From Thermodesulfobacteriota bacterium (GTDB taxonomy: Bacteria; Desulfobacterota; GWC2-55-46), in the NCBI GenBank assembly GCA_030583865.1, contig CP129479.1, positions 2,637,053-2,701,052 of the forward strand: a stretch of 64,000 bases of DNA. Direction: 5' to 3'. Shown piece after piece: positions 49,073 to 58,770 of this stretch (positions within the stretch are counted from its first letter, which is position 1; every line of letters begins with the position of its first letter). The notes beneath the pieces were generated by a model. The model was given only the letters and a program-made list of their open reading frames with translations. It ran no database searches and had not been told where the DNA came from. A program made the translations under genes and the position numbers.

Positions 49073-50209
49073 TTACTCTTGCGTAAAGGCGTAAATGGAG
49101 CCGTCCTCGGAGCCTACGTAAACGGCATTGTCCGTGACCGCCGGAGAGGACTGGATGCTCCCCTCGGTCATGTACTTCCAGACCGTCTCGCCGGTATAGA
49201 GGTCCACGGCGTAAAAGCCGCCGTCGTCACAGCCGACGTAAAGGAGCCCGGAAGCCGAGACCGCCGGGGTCGAGTTCACCTCGTCCGGGAACTTGTAGAC
49301 CGCGAGCTCCCTGCCGTCCTTCCTGTTGAAGACGGTCACGTCGCCCTTTTTGGAAGCCATGTATATCCTGTCGGCGGTGACCACAGGAGAGGCGTAGGCG
49401 AGCTTGCCGAGGTTCTTCCGCCATACGTATTTGCCGTCTTTTACATTCAGAGCGTAAAGGGTCCTGTTATACGAGGATACGTAGACTATGCCGTCCCGCA
49501 CTGCCGGGGTGGAGTATATGGCGGATTCGGTCCTCAACTGCCAGTTCCTTCCGCCGCTCTTCGCGGAGGCGGAGTATATCACCCCGTTCTTGCCCGCGTA
49601 ATATATCGCGCCGTCGGCATAGGCCGGGGAGGCGTATATGCCGCTGTATTTTTCGTAATCCGGGACGTTCATCCTCCAAACCCTCTGGCCGTCCTTTGTC
49701 CGGAGGGCGTAGAGGTAGAGGTCCTTGGAGCCGATATAGACATTGTCCTCGGCTACAACAGGCGAAGTGAGGACCGGGCCGCCGGTCTCGTGCTTCCAGA
49801 CGAGCTTGCCGGTCTCGGCCTCGAGAGCGTAGACGGAGCCGTCCCTGGAGCCGAAATAGACCCTGCCCTTGTCGACCGCCGGGGACGAGAATATCTCGCC
49901 GTTGGTCTCGAACTTCCAGACAACGGCCCCGGTCTTCTCGTCAAGGGCGTAAAGGTGCTTGTCATACGAGCCCACGAAGACCTTGCCCTTGTAGACCGCC
50001 GGAGATGAATAGACCCTCCCGCCGGTCTTGAACTTCCACTTGAGCGCCAGGGGCGGCCTCGGCGCCCTCTCGACAAAGGGGACGTTATCGGGGCTCTTCA
50101 TGAACTTCGGCCAGTCCGCGGCGGCCTGTCCGAAAAAAAGCGGCAGCGCCGCCAATGAGAGGGCCAGCGCTGCTGTTATCTTCCCTGCTGTTGACCTCGA
50201 TTGCTGCAT
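49073..50209 (-). CDS. PQQ-like (BamB-type) eight-bladed beta-propeller protein, secreted
   Basis: Signal peptide and repeated ...G.VYALD..TG..VWK... PQQ-repeat pattern (eight or more times). Confidence 0.75.
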   Translation of the reverse strand: MQQSRSTAGKITAALALSLAALPLFFGQAAADWPKFMKSPDNVPFVERAPRPPLALKWKFKTGGRVYSSPAVYKGKVFVGSYDKHLYALDEKTGAVVWKFETNGEIFSSPAVDKGRVYFGSRDGSVYALEAETGKLVWKHETGGPVLTSPVVAEDNVYIGSKDLYLYALRTKDGQRVWRMNVPDYEKYSGIYASPAYADGAIYYAGKNGVIYSASAKSGGRNWQLRTESAIYSTPAVRDGIVYVSSYNRTLYALNVKDGKYVWRKNLGKLAYASPVVTADRIYMASKKGDVTVFNRKDGRELAVYKFPDEVNSTPAVSASGLLYVGCDDGGFYAVDLYTGETVWKYMTEGSIQSSPAVTDNAVYVGSEDGSIYAFTQE

Positions 50210-50217
50210 AGTTCCTC

Positions 50218-50805
50218 TCAGACCTTCATCTTTGAGATTTTGTGGGATATGCTCTTCCGCTCCCGGGTTATCCCCTCGAGGGCCGCGGCAAGCTCCTTTG
50301 CGTCCCGGGCGGAGGCCTCAAGCCCCCTCGAAGCCTTCTCAAGGGCTTGACCGGATTTTTTCAGGGGACCGAAAAAGGACGCGAGCGAGATGGTCATCGC
50401 ATTGAACGCGTCCGCCAGGGCGCCCGGCATTTCGCTCGAGACCCGCCGCGTAAGGTCGCCACTGGAGACCCCCTTCACGGCCTCCCTGAGCTCGATGAGC
50501 GGGAGCTCTATCCGGCGGAGGACAAAGTAGCCGACTACCGCGGAGACGGACAGGACCGCTGAAACGGTTACGGCTCCGAGTTTCAGCAAGACAGGGACCG
50601 CGATTTCAGAGGTGGTCCGTATCTTTATATGGATTTTATATAACCCCTGTCCAAGTTCCCTGTCAATTAAAAAATAGGCGGCGAGGAGGTTCAGAAGGAG
50701 CCCCAGGAGGACCGTTCCGGCAAAGGCAGCCGCGAACCTCGACTGCAGCTTCCGGTCTATGAAATAGTTCCTGCGCCTCCAACTGGCATCGCGCGCGTCC
50801 CGCAT
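50218..50805 (-). CDS. HAMP-domain membrane protein without output domain
   Basis: Two TM helices, then a HAMP motif (LPLIELREAVKGVSSGDLTRRVSSEMPGALADAFNAMTISL), then ~60 aa of coiled coil. A paralogue lies at 51707-52333. Confidence 0.6.
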   Translation of the reverse strand: MRDARDASWRRRNYFIDRKLQSRFAAAFAGTVLLGLLLNLLAAYFLIDRELGQGLYKIHIKIRTTSEIAVPVLLKLGAVTVSAVLSVSAVVGYFVLRRIELPLIELREAVKGVSSGDLTRRVSSEMPGALADAFNAMTISLASFFGPLKKSGQALEKASRGLEASARDAKELAAALEGITRERKSISHKISKMKV

Positions 50806-50907
50806 CGCTCCTCCGGGCCCGGGCTCGATTCCGGGCTATATGATAGTACCCTGGAATTAAAACCCCATTAATCCAGGGTTAATTCGTCCATGCTCTCCTA
50901 AAGAGGT

Positions 50908-51720
50908 TCATTTATTGTGGCACGCAAGGCAGAGCCTGCTGTATTCGTTGCTCATGACGAGCTCGTTATGGAGCTTCGAGAACGGGTTATGGCAGCTCCC
51001 GCACCCGACGTTGCCGGCAAAGAGCTTTATCTCGGGCGGGAGCTTGTCCACCGGCTTATACGCGCCCCGGTACTTGCGCCTGGCGTCTATGTAGGATACG
51101 CCAATGGGGTGGCTGAGGCCGGAAAGCCCCGACCTGTGGAATAGCGGCCCCGCGATTTCCCTTCCTCCGACGACCGCGTCCGGCCCTGTCAGGGCGTCGT
51201 GGCAAGCCATGCACCTGAGTGATAGCTCGTCGAGCACGCCCCCGACCTCGGTTGCGACGAACTTCAACGAGGCGGAGCCCGTGACGTGGGCCGAGCCGAG
51301 CGAGAGCTTATGGAGCTCGCTCTCAAGGTCGCCGTGGCAAAGCATGCAGAAGCCGGGGCCCTCGGCCCTGGAGCGGAGGCGGAACGGCCCGAAGCCCTCC
51401 ATGTGCACCGGGTGGCAAGTAATGCAGGTCACGTCCCCCTTCCAATCGAGCGGCAGGTTCGCGGGCACCTGCATCGAGGGCCTCACGTCCACCGGATGCG
51501 ACAGCTCGAACTCGGCCTCGTGGCAGTCCACGCACATCCTCGATATGTCCAGCAGGAAGGCGCGGGGAGTGTCCCCGGGGGACGGCTCGGCAATATGGCA
51601 TTCTAGGCACCGGCCCTTGAAGTCGTGATAGCTCGTCCACTGCCGGGAGTAGAGGAGAGCCGCGGCGCCCACCGCGGCTATTGCCATTGATATGGCCAGC
51701 GCCCTCTTAATCGCCTTCAT
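50908..51720 (-). CDS. Heptahaem c-type cytochrome
   Basis: Signal peptide; CLECH, CVDCH, CITCH, CMLCH, CMACH, CGSCH, CLACH. Confidence 0.8.
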   Translation of the reverse strand: MKAIKRALAISMAIAAVGAAALLYSRQWTSYHDFKGRCLECHIAEPSPGDTPRAFLLDISRMCVDCHEAEFELSHPVDVRPSMQVPANLPLDWKGDVTCITCHPVHMEGFGPFRLRSRAEGPGFCMLCHGDLESELHKLSLGSAHVTGSASLKFVATEVGGVLDELSLRCMACHDALTGPDAVVGGREIAGPLFHRSGLSGLSHPIGVSYIDARRKYRGAYKPVDKLPPEIKLFAGNVGCGSCHNPFSKLHNELVMSNEYSRLCLACHNK

Positions 51721-52333
51721 GGGCCTTTACGCTCGAGAGGGCCAGCTGGAGCCTCTTTACGTTCTCGAATAGTTCGCGGACCGCGGACCCGGCCTCGGGC
51801 GGGAGCGGCCCTCCCTTTTCGAGGATTTTCAGAAGCTCCTGCTCGGATTTCTCAAGGGCTTCGATTGCTTCGGCTGCGGCCCTTGCCGTGTGGTTTACCG
51901 ACCGGACCATCGAGTTCAAGTCTTCCGCGAGCGCGACGAGCTGGTCGTTACCCCGAAGCCGCGTAACAACAGTAAGGTCGCCCGAGCCTATCTCTTCCAT
52001 ATTCCGGGCGAGCCTGAAGACCGGCCCCGCTATCCTGTGGGAATAGAGTATTGAGACCGCGGCAACGGCCGCGGTCGCGACCCCGAGGAGCGCTACAGTG
52101 TAAGAGGAGGCGAAGACAAGCGGCAGGGCCTTTACCTTGAGCTCGTAAAGCGTGAAGACGGCCTGGCCGTATGAGTCTCCCACGCCCCTCGAAAGGGAGA
52201 GTACTAGGAGGGCAAGGAGCCCGGCGGCCCCGGCAAGCGTCGCAAGGCACAGCTTGAGCCCGAACCTGAGCTTGAAGCCCAGCCCGAGGAGGCGCGAGGC
52301 GTCCGTTTTTTTACGGGTATCCGGAGCGGCCAT
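51707..52333 (-). CDS. HAMP-domain membrane protein without output domain (paralogue)
   Basis: Same TM-TM-HAMP-coiled-coil architecture (GPVFRLARNMEEIGSGDLTVVTRLRGNDQLVALAEDLNSMV); overlaps the downstream heptahaem cytochrome gene by 14 nt. Confidence 0.6.
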   Translation of the reverse strand: MAAPDTRKKTDASRLLGLGFKLRFGLKLCLATLAGAAGLLALLVLSLSRGVGDSYGQAVFTLYELKVKALPLVFASSYTVALLGVATAAVAAVSILYSHRIAGPVFRLARNMEEIGSGDLTVVTRLRGNDQLVALAEDLNSMVRSVNHTARAAAEAIEALEKSEQELLKILEKGGPLPPEAGSAVRELFENVKRLQLALSSVKAHEGD

Positions 52334-52668
52334 CTTTACCGGCTATAAAAGAGGATTTCAAATCGGTCCGGGAGAAAATAAACGAGGTGAGTGCTGAAAA
52401 CGCGGGGCAGGATTCACAGCCATTATATCCGAATACGGCGCGCTTGTGAAGCCCGGGAGCGCCTCCCTGCCGCCCCTTCATTGAAAATTATTGAAAAAAC
52501 CAGCCGTTATGAATATAATAAAAAGCTCTTTTCCGTCTTGCCCGCCGGAAGCTCGACTGAACGGCGGGGCAGAAGCCGCGGGCCCCCTTTCCGCGGCCCA
52601 AGTCAGGGGTGCGGCGGGAAAAGGCGGGAAGGATTTTTCCCGAACACAATCTGGGAGGATACCTAAAG

Positions 52669-53712
52669 ATGGCAAAGGTCATGGCAAAGGACGCGTTTCT
52701 CAAGGCATGCCGCAGGGAAAAGGCCGGCTACACCCCGGTGTGGCTCATGCGCCAGGCTGGCCGCTACATGAAGGAGTACATGGCCATACGGGAGAAGCAT
52801 TCGTTCCTCGAGATGTGCAGGAACCCCGAGATAGCCGCCGAGGTGACGCTCCAGCCCATAAAGGCTTTCGACCTTGACGCGGCCATAATCTTCGCGGACA
52901 TACTCCTTCCGCTCGACGGCATGGGCATAAACCTCGAGTTCGCGAAAAACGAGGGGCCCGTGATATCCAATCCCGTCCGCACGAGGAAGGACATAGACGC
53001 CGTAAGGGTCATAAACCCCGAGGAGCACGTGCCCTATCTCCTGAAGGCCATAAAACTCGTAAAAGCGGAGCTTGCCGGCAAGGTCCCGCTCATAGGTTTT
53101 TCCGGCGCGCCTTTCACGCTCGCGAGCTACATCATCGAGGGCGAGGGCTCCAAGAACTACATAAACACGAAAAAGCTCATGTACTCGGACCCCGAGGGCT
53201 GGAAGGCCCTCATGGAGAAAATATCCGACGTCATTATAGTCTACCTCGAGGCGCAGATAGAGGCCGGCGTGGACGCGGTCCAGCTATTCGACAGCTGGGT
53301 CGGGTGTCTCGGGCCGGACGACTACAAAAACTACGCCATGCCTTACAGTAAGAGAATTATCGAGACCGTGAGAAAGAAGGGCGTACCTTTCATAAACTTC
53401 AGCACCAATACCGGGACATACCTCGACACCATCGCCAAGACCGGCGGGGACGTGGTGGGCGTAGACTGGAAGGTGAGGCTCGACGAGGCCTGGAAGACCA
53501 TAGGCTATGACAAGGCCATCCAGGGGAACCTCGACCCCGTGGTCCTCTTCGGCCCTGTAAGCGAGATACGGAAGAGGGTCAAAGATATACTCGACATGGC
53601 GGGCGGAAGGCCCGGCCACATATTCAACCTCGGCCACGGCATAATACTCGGCACGCCTGTAGATAACGTCCGGGCCGTAATAGACAGCGTTCACGAGCTG
53701 AGCGCAAAGTAA
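52669..53712 (+). CDS. hemE: Uroporphyrinogen decarboxylase
   Basis: PVWLMRQAGRYMKEY signature. The start is at the internal ATG 52669, preceded by a GGGAGGA RBS. Confidence 0.9.
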   Translation: MAKVMAKDAFLKACRREKAGYTPVWLMRQAGRYMKEYMAIREKHSFLEMCRNPEIAAEVTLQPIKAFDLDAAIIFADILLPLDGMGINLEFAKNEGPVISNPVRTRKDIDAVRVINPEEHVPYLLKAIKLVKAELAGKVPLIGFSGAPFTLASYIIEGEGSKNYINTKKLMYSDPEGWKALMEKISDVIIVYLEAQIEAGVDAVQLFDSWVGCLGPDDYKNYAMPYSKRIIETVRKKGVPFINFSTNTGTYLDTIAKTGGDVVGVDWKVRLDEAWKTIGYDKAIQGNLDPVVLFGPVSEIRKRVKDILDMAGGRPGHIFNLGHGIILGTPVDNVRAVIDSVHELSAK

Positions 53713-53736
53713 AAAGGTGAGAAGGGGCGTCCTGAG

Positions 53737-54669
53737 ATGAGTGAACTTCCGTTAAAGGGAATACTCCTCCTCGCGTTCGGCGGGGCGGACTCCATAGAGA
53801 GCGTAGAGCCTTTCGTAAAGAACGTCCTGAAGGGCAGGACCGTTACGCCGGAGCTCGTGGCGAGGACCGTCGAGCGCTATAAGCTCATAGGCGGAAGGTC
53901 CCCTCTCCTGGAAATAACCCTTCAGCAGGCCAAGGCCCTCGAAGAGGAGCTCAACTCGGGCCCGGACGTCGCCTTCCGCTACAAGGCCTACGTGGGCATG
54001 AGGTACTGGCACCCCTTCATAGCCGAGACCGTGAAGCGGATGAAGGAAGACGGGGTCGAGGAGGCGGTAGCCATAATCATGTCGCCCTTCACCTCGATCG
54101 TGGCCACCGGCGCCTACGAGACTGACGTTGAGAACGCGCTCAACAGCCTCGGCAGCGGCCCGGCCATATCTTTCATGCCATGCTGGCACATAGAGCGGGC
54201 CTACCTCGACCTCGTGGCCGGGAATATCCTGAAGGAGCTCTCGGAATTTACGGACCCGGGGGACGCGCTCGTCATATTCAGCTCGCACAGCCTTCCGAAG
54301 GTCGCCCTGCAGGGCGACCCTTACGAGATGATGGTGAACCAGTCCGCCTCCCTCATAATGGAAAGGGTCGGGAAGGCCGATTACAGGATAGCGTACCAGA
54401 GCAAGGGCTCCGGGCCCAGGGAATGGCTCGGGCCGGAGACCGAGGAGGTCATAGCGGAGGCCGCGAAGCGCGGGAAAAAGGGCGTAGTAGTAGTGCCGCT
54501 CGGGTTTGCCGCCGACCACGTTGAGACTCTCTATGATATAGACATCCTCTTCAAAGACACAGCGCGCTCGAACGGGCTGGAGTGGAGGCGCACTCCGTCC
54601 CTCAACACGGACCCGGCCTTCATCCGCATGCTCGCCGGCATAATGAAAAAGCCCGCTGAAAAAAAATAA
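53737..54669 (+). CDS. hemH: Ferrochelatase
   Basis: GILLLAFGG...RYKLIGGRSPL...MRYWHP...SHSLP signature. Confidence 0.9.
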   Translation: MSELPLKGILLLAFGGADSIESVEPFVKNVLKGRTVTPELVARTVERYKLIGGRSPLLEITLQQAKALEEELNSGPDVAFRYKAYVGMRYWHPFIAETVKRMKEDGVEEAVAIIMSPFTSIVATGAYETDVENALNSLGSGPAISFMPCWHIERAYLDLVAGNILKELSEFTDPGDALVIFSSHSLPKVALQGDPYEMMVNQSASLIMERVGKADYRIAYQSKGSGPREWLGPETEEVIAEAAKRGKKGVVVVPLGFAADHVETLYDIDILFKDTARSNGLEWRRTPSLNTDPAFIRMLAGIMKKPAEKK

Positions 54670-56129
54670 TGAAAAGAGTCGTGATAATCGGCGGCGGCAT
54701 CGCCGGGCTCGCAACCGCGTGGAGCCTCCGCGAGCAGGCGCCCCAGGGCGCGGATTTCGAGATAGTCCTCCTTGAGCGGAACGAGAGGTTCGGAGGCAAC
54801 ATACGCACCGAGAAAGAGGGCGGCTTCCTGATCGAGGGCGGCCCCGACTGCTTCCTCTCGGAGAAGCCCTGGGCAATGGCGCTCTGCAAGCGCATAGGCC
54901 TTTCAGGGAAGTTCCTCCCCACTAACGACAGGCACAGGAAGACCTTTGTGCTCTCGGGCGGCCGCCTCCACGTGCTCCCCGAGGGGGTCATCCTCATGAT
55001 CCCCACCAAGATACTCCCGCTCGCGACCTCAAGCCTCATATCCTGGCCCGGAAAGGTCCGGATGGCAATGGACCTCTTCGTACCGAAGAGGAAGGGCGGC
55101 GGGGACGAGAGCCTCGGCGATTTCGTAAGAAGGCGCCTCGGGAAAGAGGCGCTCGAAAAGATAGCCGAGCCGCTCGTGGCGGGCGTGCACGCGGGCGACC
55201 CCGAGACCATGTCAGTGAGGGCGAGCTTCCCGAAGTTCGTCCAGCTCGAAGAAGAGAGCGGAAGCCTCATCCGGGGCATGATAAAGAGGATGGCGCAGGC
55301 CGCAGCGCACAGAAAAACCGGAAAGCCGGGCGGCCAGTCCGCTCCGGGCAATAAAGTCACGATGTTCATGACATTGAAGGACGGCCTCTCGGAGCTCGTA
55401 GAGACGCTCACCTCAAGGCTCGAGGGCATGGAGAAGACGGTACTAAGGAAGGGCGTCCAGGCCGTATCGATCGAGAAGGCCGGCGAGAAGGCCGGGGCAG
55501 GCTACCGGGTGGACCTCGAAGGCGGCGGCTCGATAGAAGCTGACGCGGTCATCGTCGCAGCCCCGGCGTGGGCGGCGGCCTCGATATTGAAGGGCGAGGA
55601 CGCGGCGCTCTCGGAGAAGCTCCTGACCATCCCCTACGTTTCCACGGCCACCGTCTCCATAGCGTTCAAAAAGAAGGACATAAAGCACCCGATGAACGGC
55701 TTCGGGTTCGTGGTGCCGAAGGTCGAAGGGCGGAAGATCATGGCCGCGACCTGGACTTCCGTCAAGTTCGCGGGCAGGGCCCCGGAGGACTCGGTCCTCA
55801 TAAGGTGCTTTGTCGGCGGGTCTAAAAACGCCGAGCTCGTCTCGCTCGGAGACGCCGATATGATAAAGATGGTAAGGGAAGAGCTCCGGGACATAATGGG
55901 CATAGGGGCAGAGCCGGTGCTCGCCAGGGTCTTCAGGTGGAGGAACTCGATGCCCCAGTACACAATCGGCCACGAGGAGCGCGTCGCATGGATTGACGAG
56001 CGCCTCAAGAGCCATCCGGGGCTCCATCTCGCGGGGAGCGCCTATTACGGCATAGGCATAAGCGACAGTATCCGCTACGGCGAGGTCGTGGCCAAGCGGG
56101 TGATAGACCAGATCCAGGGCAAAAACTGA
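54669..56129 (+). CDS. hemY: HemY-type protoporphyrinogen/coproporphyrinogen oxidase (FAD)
   Basis: VVIIGGGIAGLATAW Rossmann/FAD motif with HemY-family length and layout. Its ATG overlaps the hemH stop (TAATG). Confidence 0.85.
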   Translation: MKRVVIIGGGIAGLATAWSLREQAPQGADFEIVLLERNERFGGNIRTEKEGGFLIEGGPDCFLSEKPWAMALCKRIGLSGKFLPTNDRHRKTFVLSGGRLHVLPEGVILMIPTKILPLATSSLISWPGKVRMAMDLFVPKRKGGGDESLGDFVRRRLGKEALEKIAEPLVAGVHAGDPETMSVRASFPKFVQLEEESGSLIRGMIKRMAQAAAHRKTGKPGGQSAPGNKVTMFMTLKDGLSELVETLTSRLEGMEKTVLRKGVQAVSIEKAGEKAGAGYRVDLEGGGSIEADAVIVAAPAWAAASILKGEDAALSEKLLTIPYVSTATVSIAFKKKDIKHPMNGFGFVVPKVEGRKIMAATWTSVKFAGRAPEDSVLIRCFVGGSKNAELVSLGDADMIKMVREELRDIMGIGAEPVLARVFRWRNSMPQYTIGHEERVAWIDERLKSHPGLHLAGSAYYGIGISDSIRYGEVVAKRVIDQIQGKN

Positions 56130-56449
56130 CCATCCTTTCCGGTCCGTTTCAACCGGAATAAGCCCCTGCAAGCCGGTAAACCAAAAAACTTTGCGGCAGG
56201 CCATTCAATAGCCCATCACCTCCGGTCCTGATCCAATACCTTCTCTACAAATCAAATCCAGTCTGCTGAAAAGCTCAAGGTGCAGGATGTCGAATAATGA
56301 GGCATGCTTTCCTGCCTGATTTTGAAGGCGGCGCGTTCAATGGATTTTTCAGCAGCTGGTTAAAGAAAACCCTGCTTTCTTCCGATAAGTAATCGGGGCG
56401 GGGGATGCGTTTGGTTTCCCTCCCCGTTTATTTTTGGAAGGAAGGCTTG

Positions 56450-58612
56450 ATGAAAAAGATTTTCCGGGTCATCTGGTCCGATTGCAGGCCCACCCTCTCC
56501 ATAGGGACAAAGACGCTCCTCGCGTTCCTACTCATCATATCGGCGCTCACCGGCGGCTTCTATTTCTTCATCTCCGTTAAATTCTCATCCCAGGCCCACC
56601 AGGAGGCCGTTAACGAGATAGACTCGAAGCTCCGCGGGGCGTGGAGCCTTTTCCAGTCGCGACCCGAGCAGATGAAGTTCGGCATGCTCCAGGCCGCGAG
56701 CGAGCGGGCGGTGAAAGCGGCGGTAAAGGCGCGCGATTCCGAATTCCTCGGCAGTAACCTCGAAGGCTACTCCGAGATGAGGCCTTATGTCGACCTCTGG
56801 GCCGTCGTTGACGGCAACGGGCGTGTCATCGCAAGGAGGGACAGGAGGGCCGGGGGCGTCCTGGAAATAAACGGCGCGATACGGAAGGCGCTGGAAAGCG
56901 GCGGGCCGGTCATCTCCACCGAGCTCGTCCCGAGAGAGCTGCTTGAAAGGGAGGGCCTTAAGATCCCCGAGACGGACGAGGATGGGCTTATGCAGCTCGT
57001 TACGGTGCCGGTCATGGAAAACGGCGGGGTCACGGGGGCTTTCGTCACCGGCACGCTCCTTAACGGCAACAGCTGGCTGCCTGATACCGTATACAGGTAC
57101 TTCAGCGTGAACGCCTCCGTCTTCACGATAACGGAAAAGGGGGCCAAGGTCGTTTCGGCATCCGGGGTCCAAGCCGGTGTCTTCAGCCCGCTCACCCGCC
57201 TGGACCTGGACAACGGCATCGGGGGCCGGCTGCCCGGGAGCGAGGGGTTCATCGGGAAGACCGAGCTCGACGGAAAGGGCGTCTTCCTTGGGATAGAGCC
57301 GATATTCGGGCTCGACGGCCGGCCCATTGGCGCGCTGGCCGTGGCCGAGCCGAGCTCGAAGGTCGAGGCGAACATCGCCCGCATGAAATCGCAGATACTG
57401 GGGGTGGCCGCGGCCGGTGTCCTCTTCTCACTCCTCCTCGCGGCGCTCACTTACAGGGACACATTGAAGCCCGTCAGGGCCATAAGGAGCGCTATGGACG
57501 AGACGGCCTCGGGCAACCTCGACGTGGCCCTTGACATCAGGACCAAGGACGAGTTCGAGAACATCGGGCAGGGCTTCAACCTGATGGTCGCGTCCATAAA
57601 GACCAGGGAAGACCGGCTTGAAAGCTTCAACCAGCTTTCAAAGGTGCTACTCCAGTACAACGACCCGGGGATGCTCCTGGAGAGGGCCCTTTCCAAGATA
57701 GCCGAGCTTACCGGCTCCGAGGTCGGTGTCATATACATATACGACGACGAGACAGGGATATTGAAACCAGAGGTGCTCTGCGGGATAAACAAATCAGGCC
57801 TCTCCGGCACGGAAAAAGGAGAGGGGCTCGCGGACAGGTGCTTCTCGGAGCAGAGGACGCTCGCGCTCCTTGACCTCAGGAACGCAAGCGGCCCGGTAAT
57901 CGACGCAGGCATACTCAAGTTCAATCCCGCGGGACTCGTCTGGCTCTGCCTCACCTATAACGAAAAGCCCATGGGAGTGCTCCTCCTCGGGTCGATATCG
58001 CCGTATGAGAAAGAGATGCTCAAGCACATGGAGCACCTCGTAAACCAGATAGCCATAGCCCTCGATAACGCGATGGTCCACAAGGAAATCGAAAAACTCT
58101 CCATGACCGACCCGCTCACGGGAGTTTTCAACAGGAGGCGCTTCGGCGAGCTCCTGAAGGAGCACTTCAAGGCCGCCTCGCGGTATAAATACGAGACAGG
58201 GCTTCTGATGATGGACGTGGACAACTTCAAATATATAAACGACACTTTCGGCCACCAGCAGGGCGATATTATCCTCTCGGAAATAGGCAGGCTCCTCAGG
58301 GAAAGCACCAGGTCAACGGACGTGCTGGCAAGGTACGGCGGGGAGGAATTCGTGTGCCTCGTGGCCCATACCGGCAAGGATGGGCTGCTGGCGCTCGCCG
58401 AAAAGCTCAGGAAGACGGTCGAGACGCACCGTTTCCCGGGCTTGAGGGACTGGCAGGTCACCGTGAGCGTGGGCGCAGGGCTATTCCCCTCCGAGGGGGT
58501 AAGGTGCGAGGAAGACCTCGTCAAGGCGGCGGACGAGAACCTTTATTTCGCGAAGAGGAACGGCAAGAACCAGGTCGCCTTTGAAAAGCGCCCTGAAGCC
58601 AGGCTAGTATGA
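56450..58612 (+). CDS. Sensor diguanylate cyclase (periplasmic sensor - HAMP - GAF - GGDEF)
   Basis: TM-periplasmic-TM N-terminus, HAMP, GAF-like region and a GGDEF domain with RYGGEEF. The start is set at ATG 56450 after a GGAAGGAAGG RBS. Confidence 0.85.
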   Translation: MKKIFRVIWSDCRPTLSIGTKTLLAFLLIISALTGGFYFFISVKFSSQAHQEAVNEIDSKLRGAWSLFQSRPEQMKFGMLQAASERAVKAAVKARDSEFLGSNLEGYSEMRPYVDLWAVVDGNGRVIARRDRRAGGVLEINGAIRKALESGGPVISTELVPRELLEREGLKIPETDEDGLMQLVTVPVMENGGVTGAFVTGTLLNGNSWLPDTVYRYFSVNASVFTITEKGAKVVSASGVQAGVFSPLTRLDLDNGIGGRLPGSEGFIGKTELDGKGVFLGIEPIFGLDGRPIGALAVAEPSSKVEANIARMKSQILGVAAAGVLFSLLLAALTYRDTLKPVRAIRSAMDETASGNLDVALDIRTKDEFENIGQGFNLMVASIKTREDRLESFNQLSKVLLQYNDPGMLLERALSKIAELTGSEVGVIYIYDDETGILKPEVLCGINKSGLSGTEKGEGLADRCFSEQRTLALLDLRNASGPVIDAGILKFNPAGLVWLCLTYNEKPMGVLLLGSISPYEKEMLKHMEHLVNQIAIALDNAMVHKEIEKLSMTDPLTGVFNRRRFGELLKEHFKAASRYKYETGLLMMDVDNFKYINDTFGHQQGDIILSEIGRLLRESTRSTDVLARYGGEEFVCLVAHTGKDGLLALAEKLRKTVETHRFPGLRDWQVTVSVGAGLFPSEGVRCEEDLVKAADENLYFAKRNGKNQVAFEKRPEARLV

Positions 58613-58770
58613 TATGTTGTCTTTTTAACCATTGCCAGGAAACCCTCCGGCTCGTAAAGGCCCGACAATCACGCGCTCTATCCTTAGCAGGCTTAAACCG
58701 CTTAACCCTTTTTTAAACACTAATCAAGACCGTCTGGACTAACCCGGCCCAAAGAAGTTATAATCGTCGC

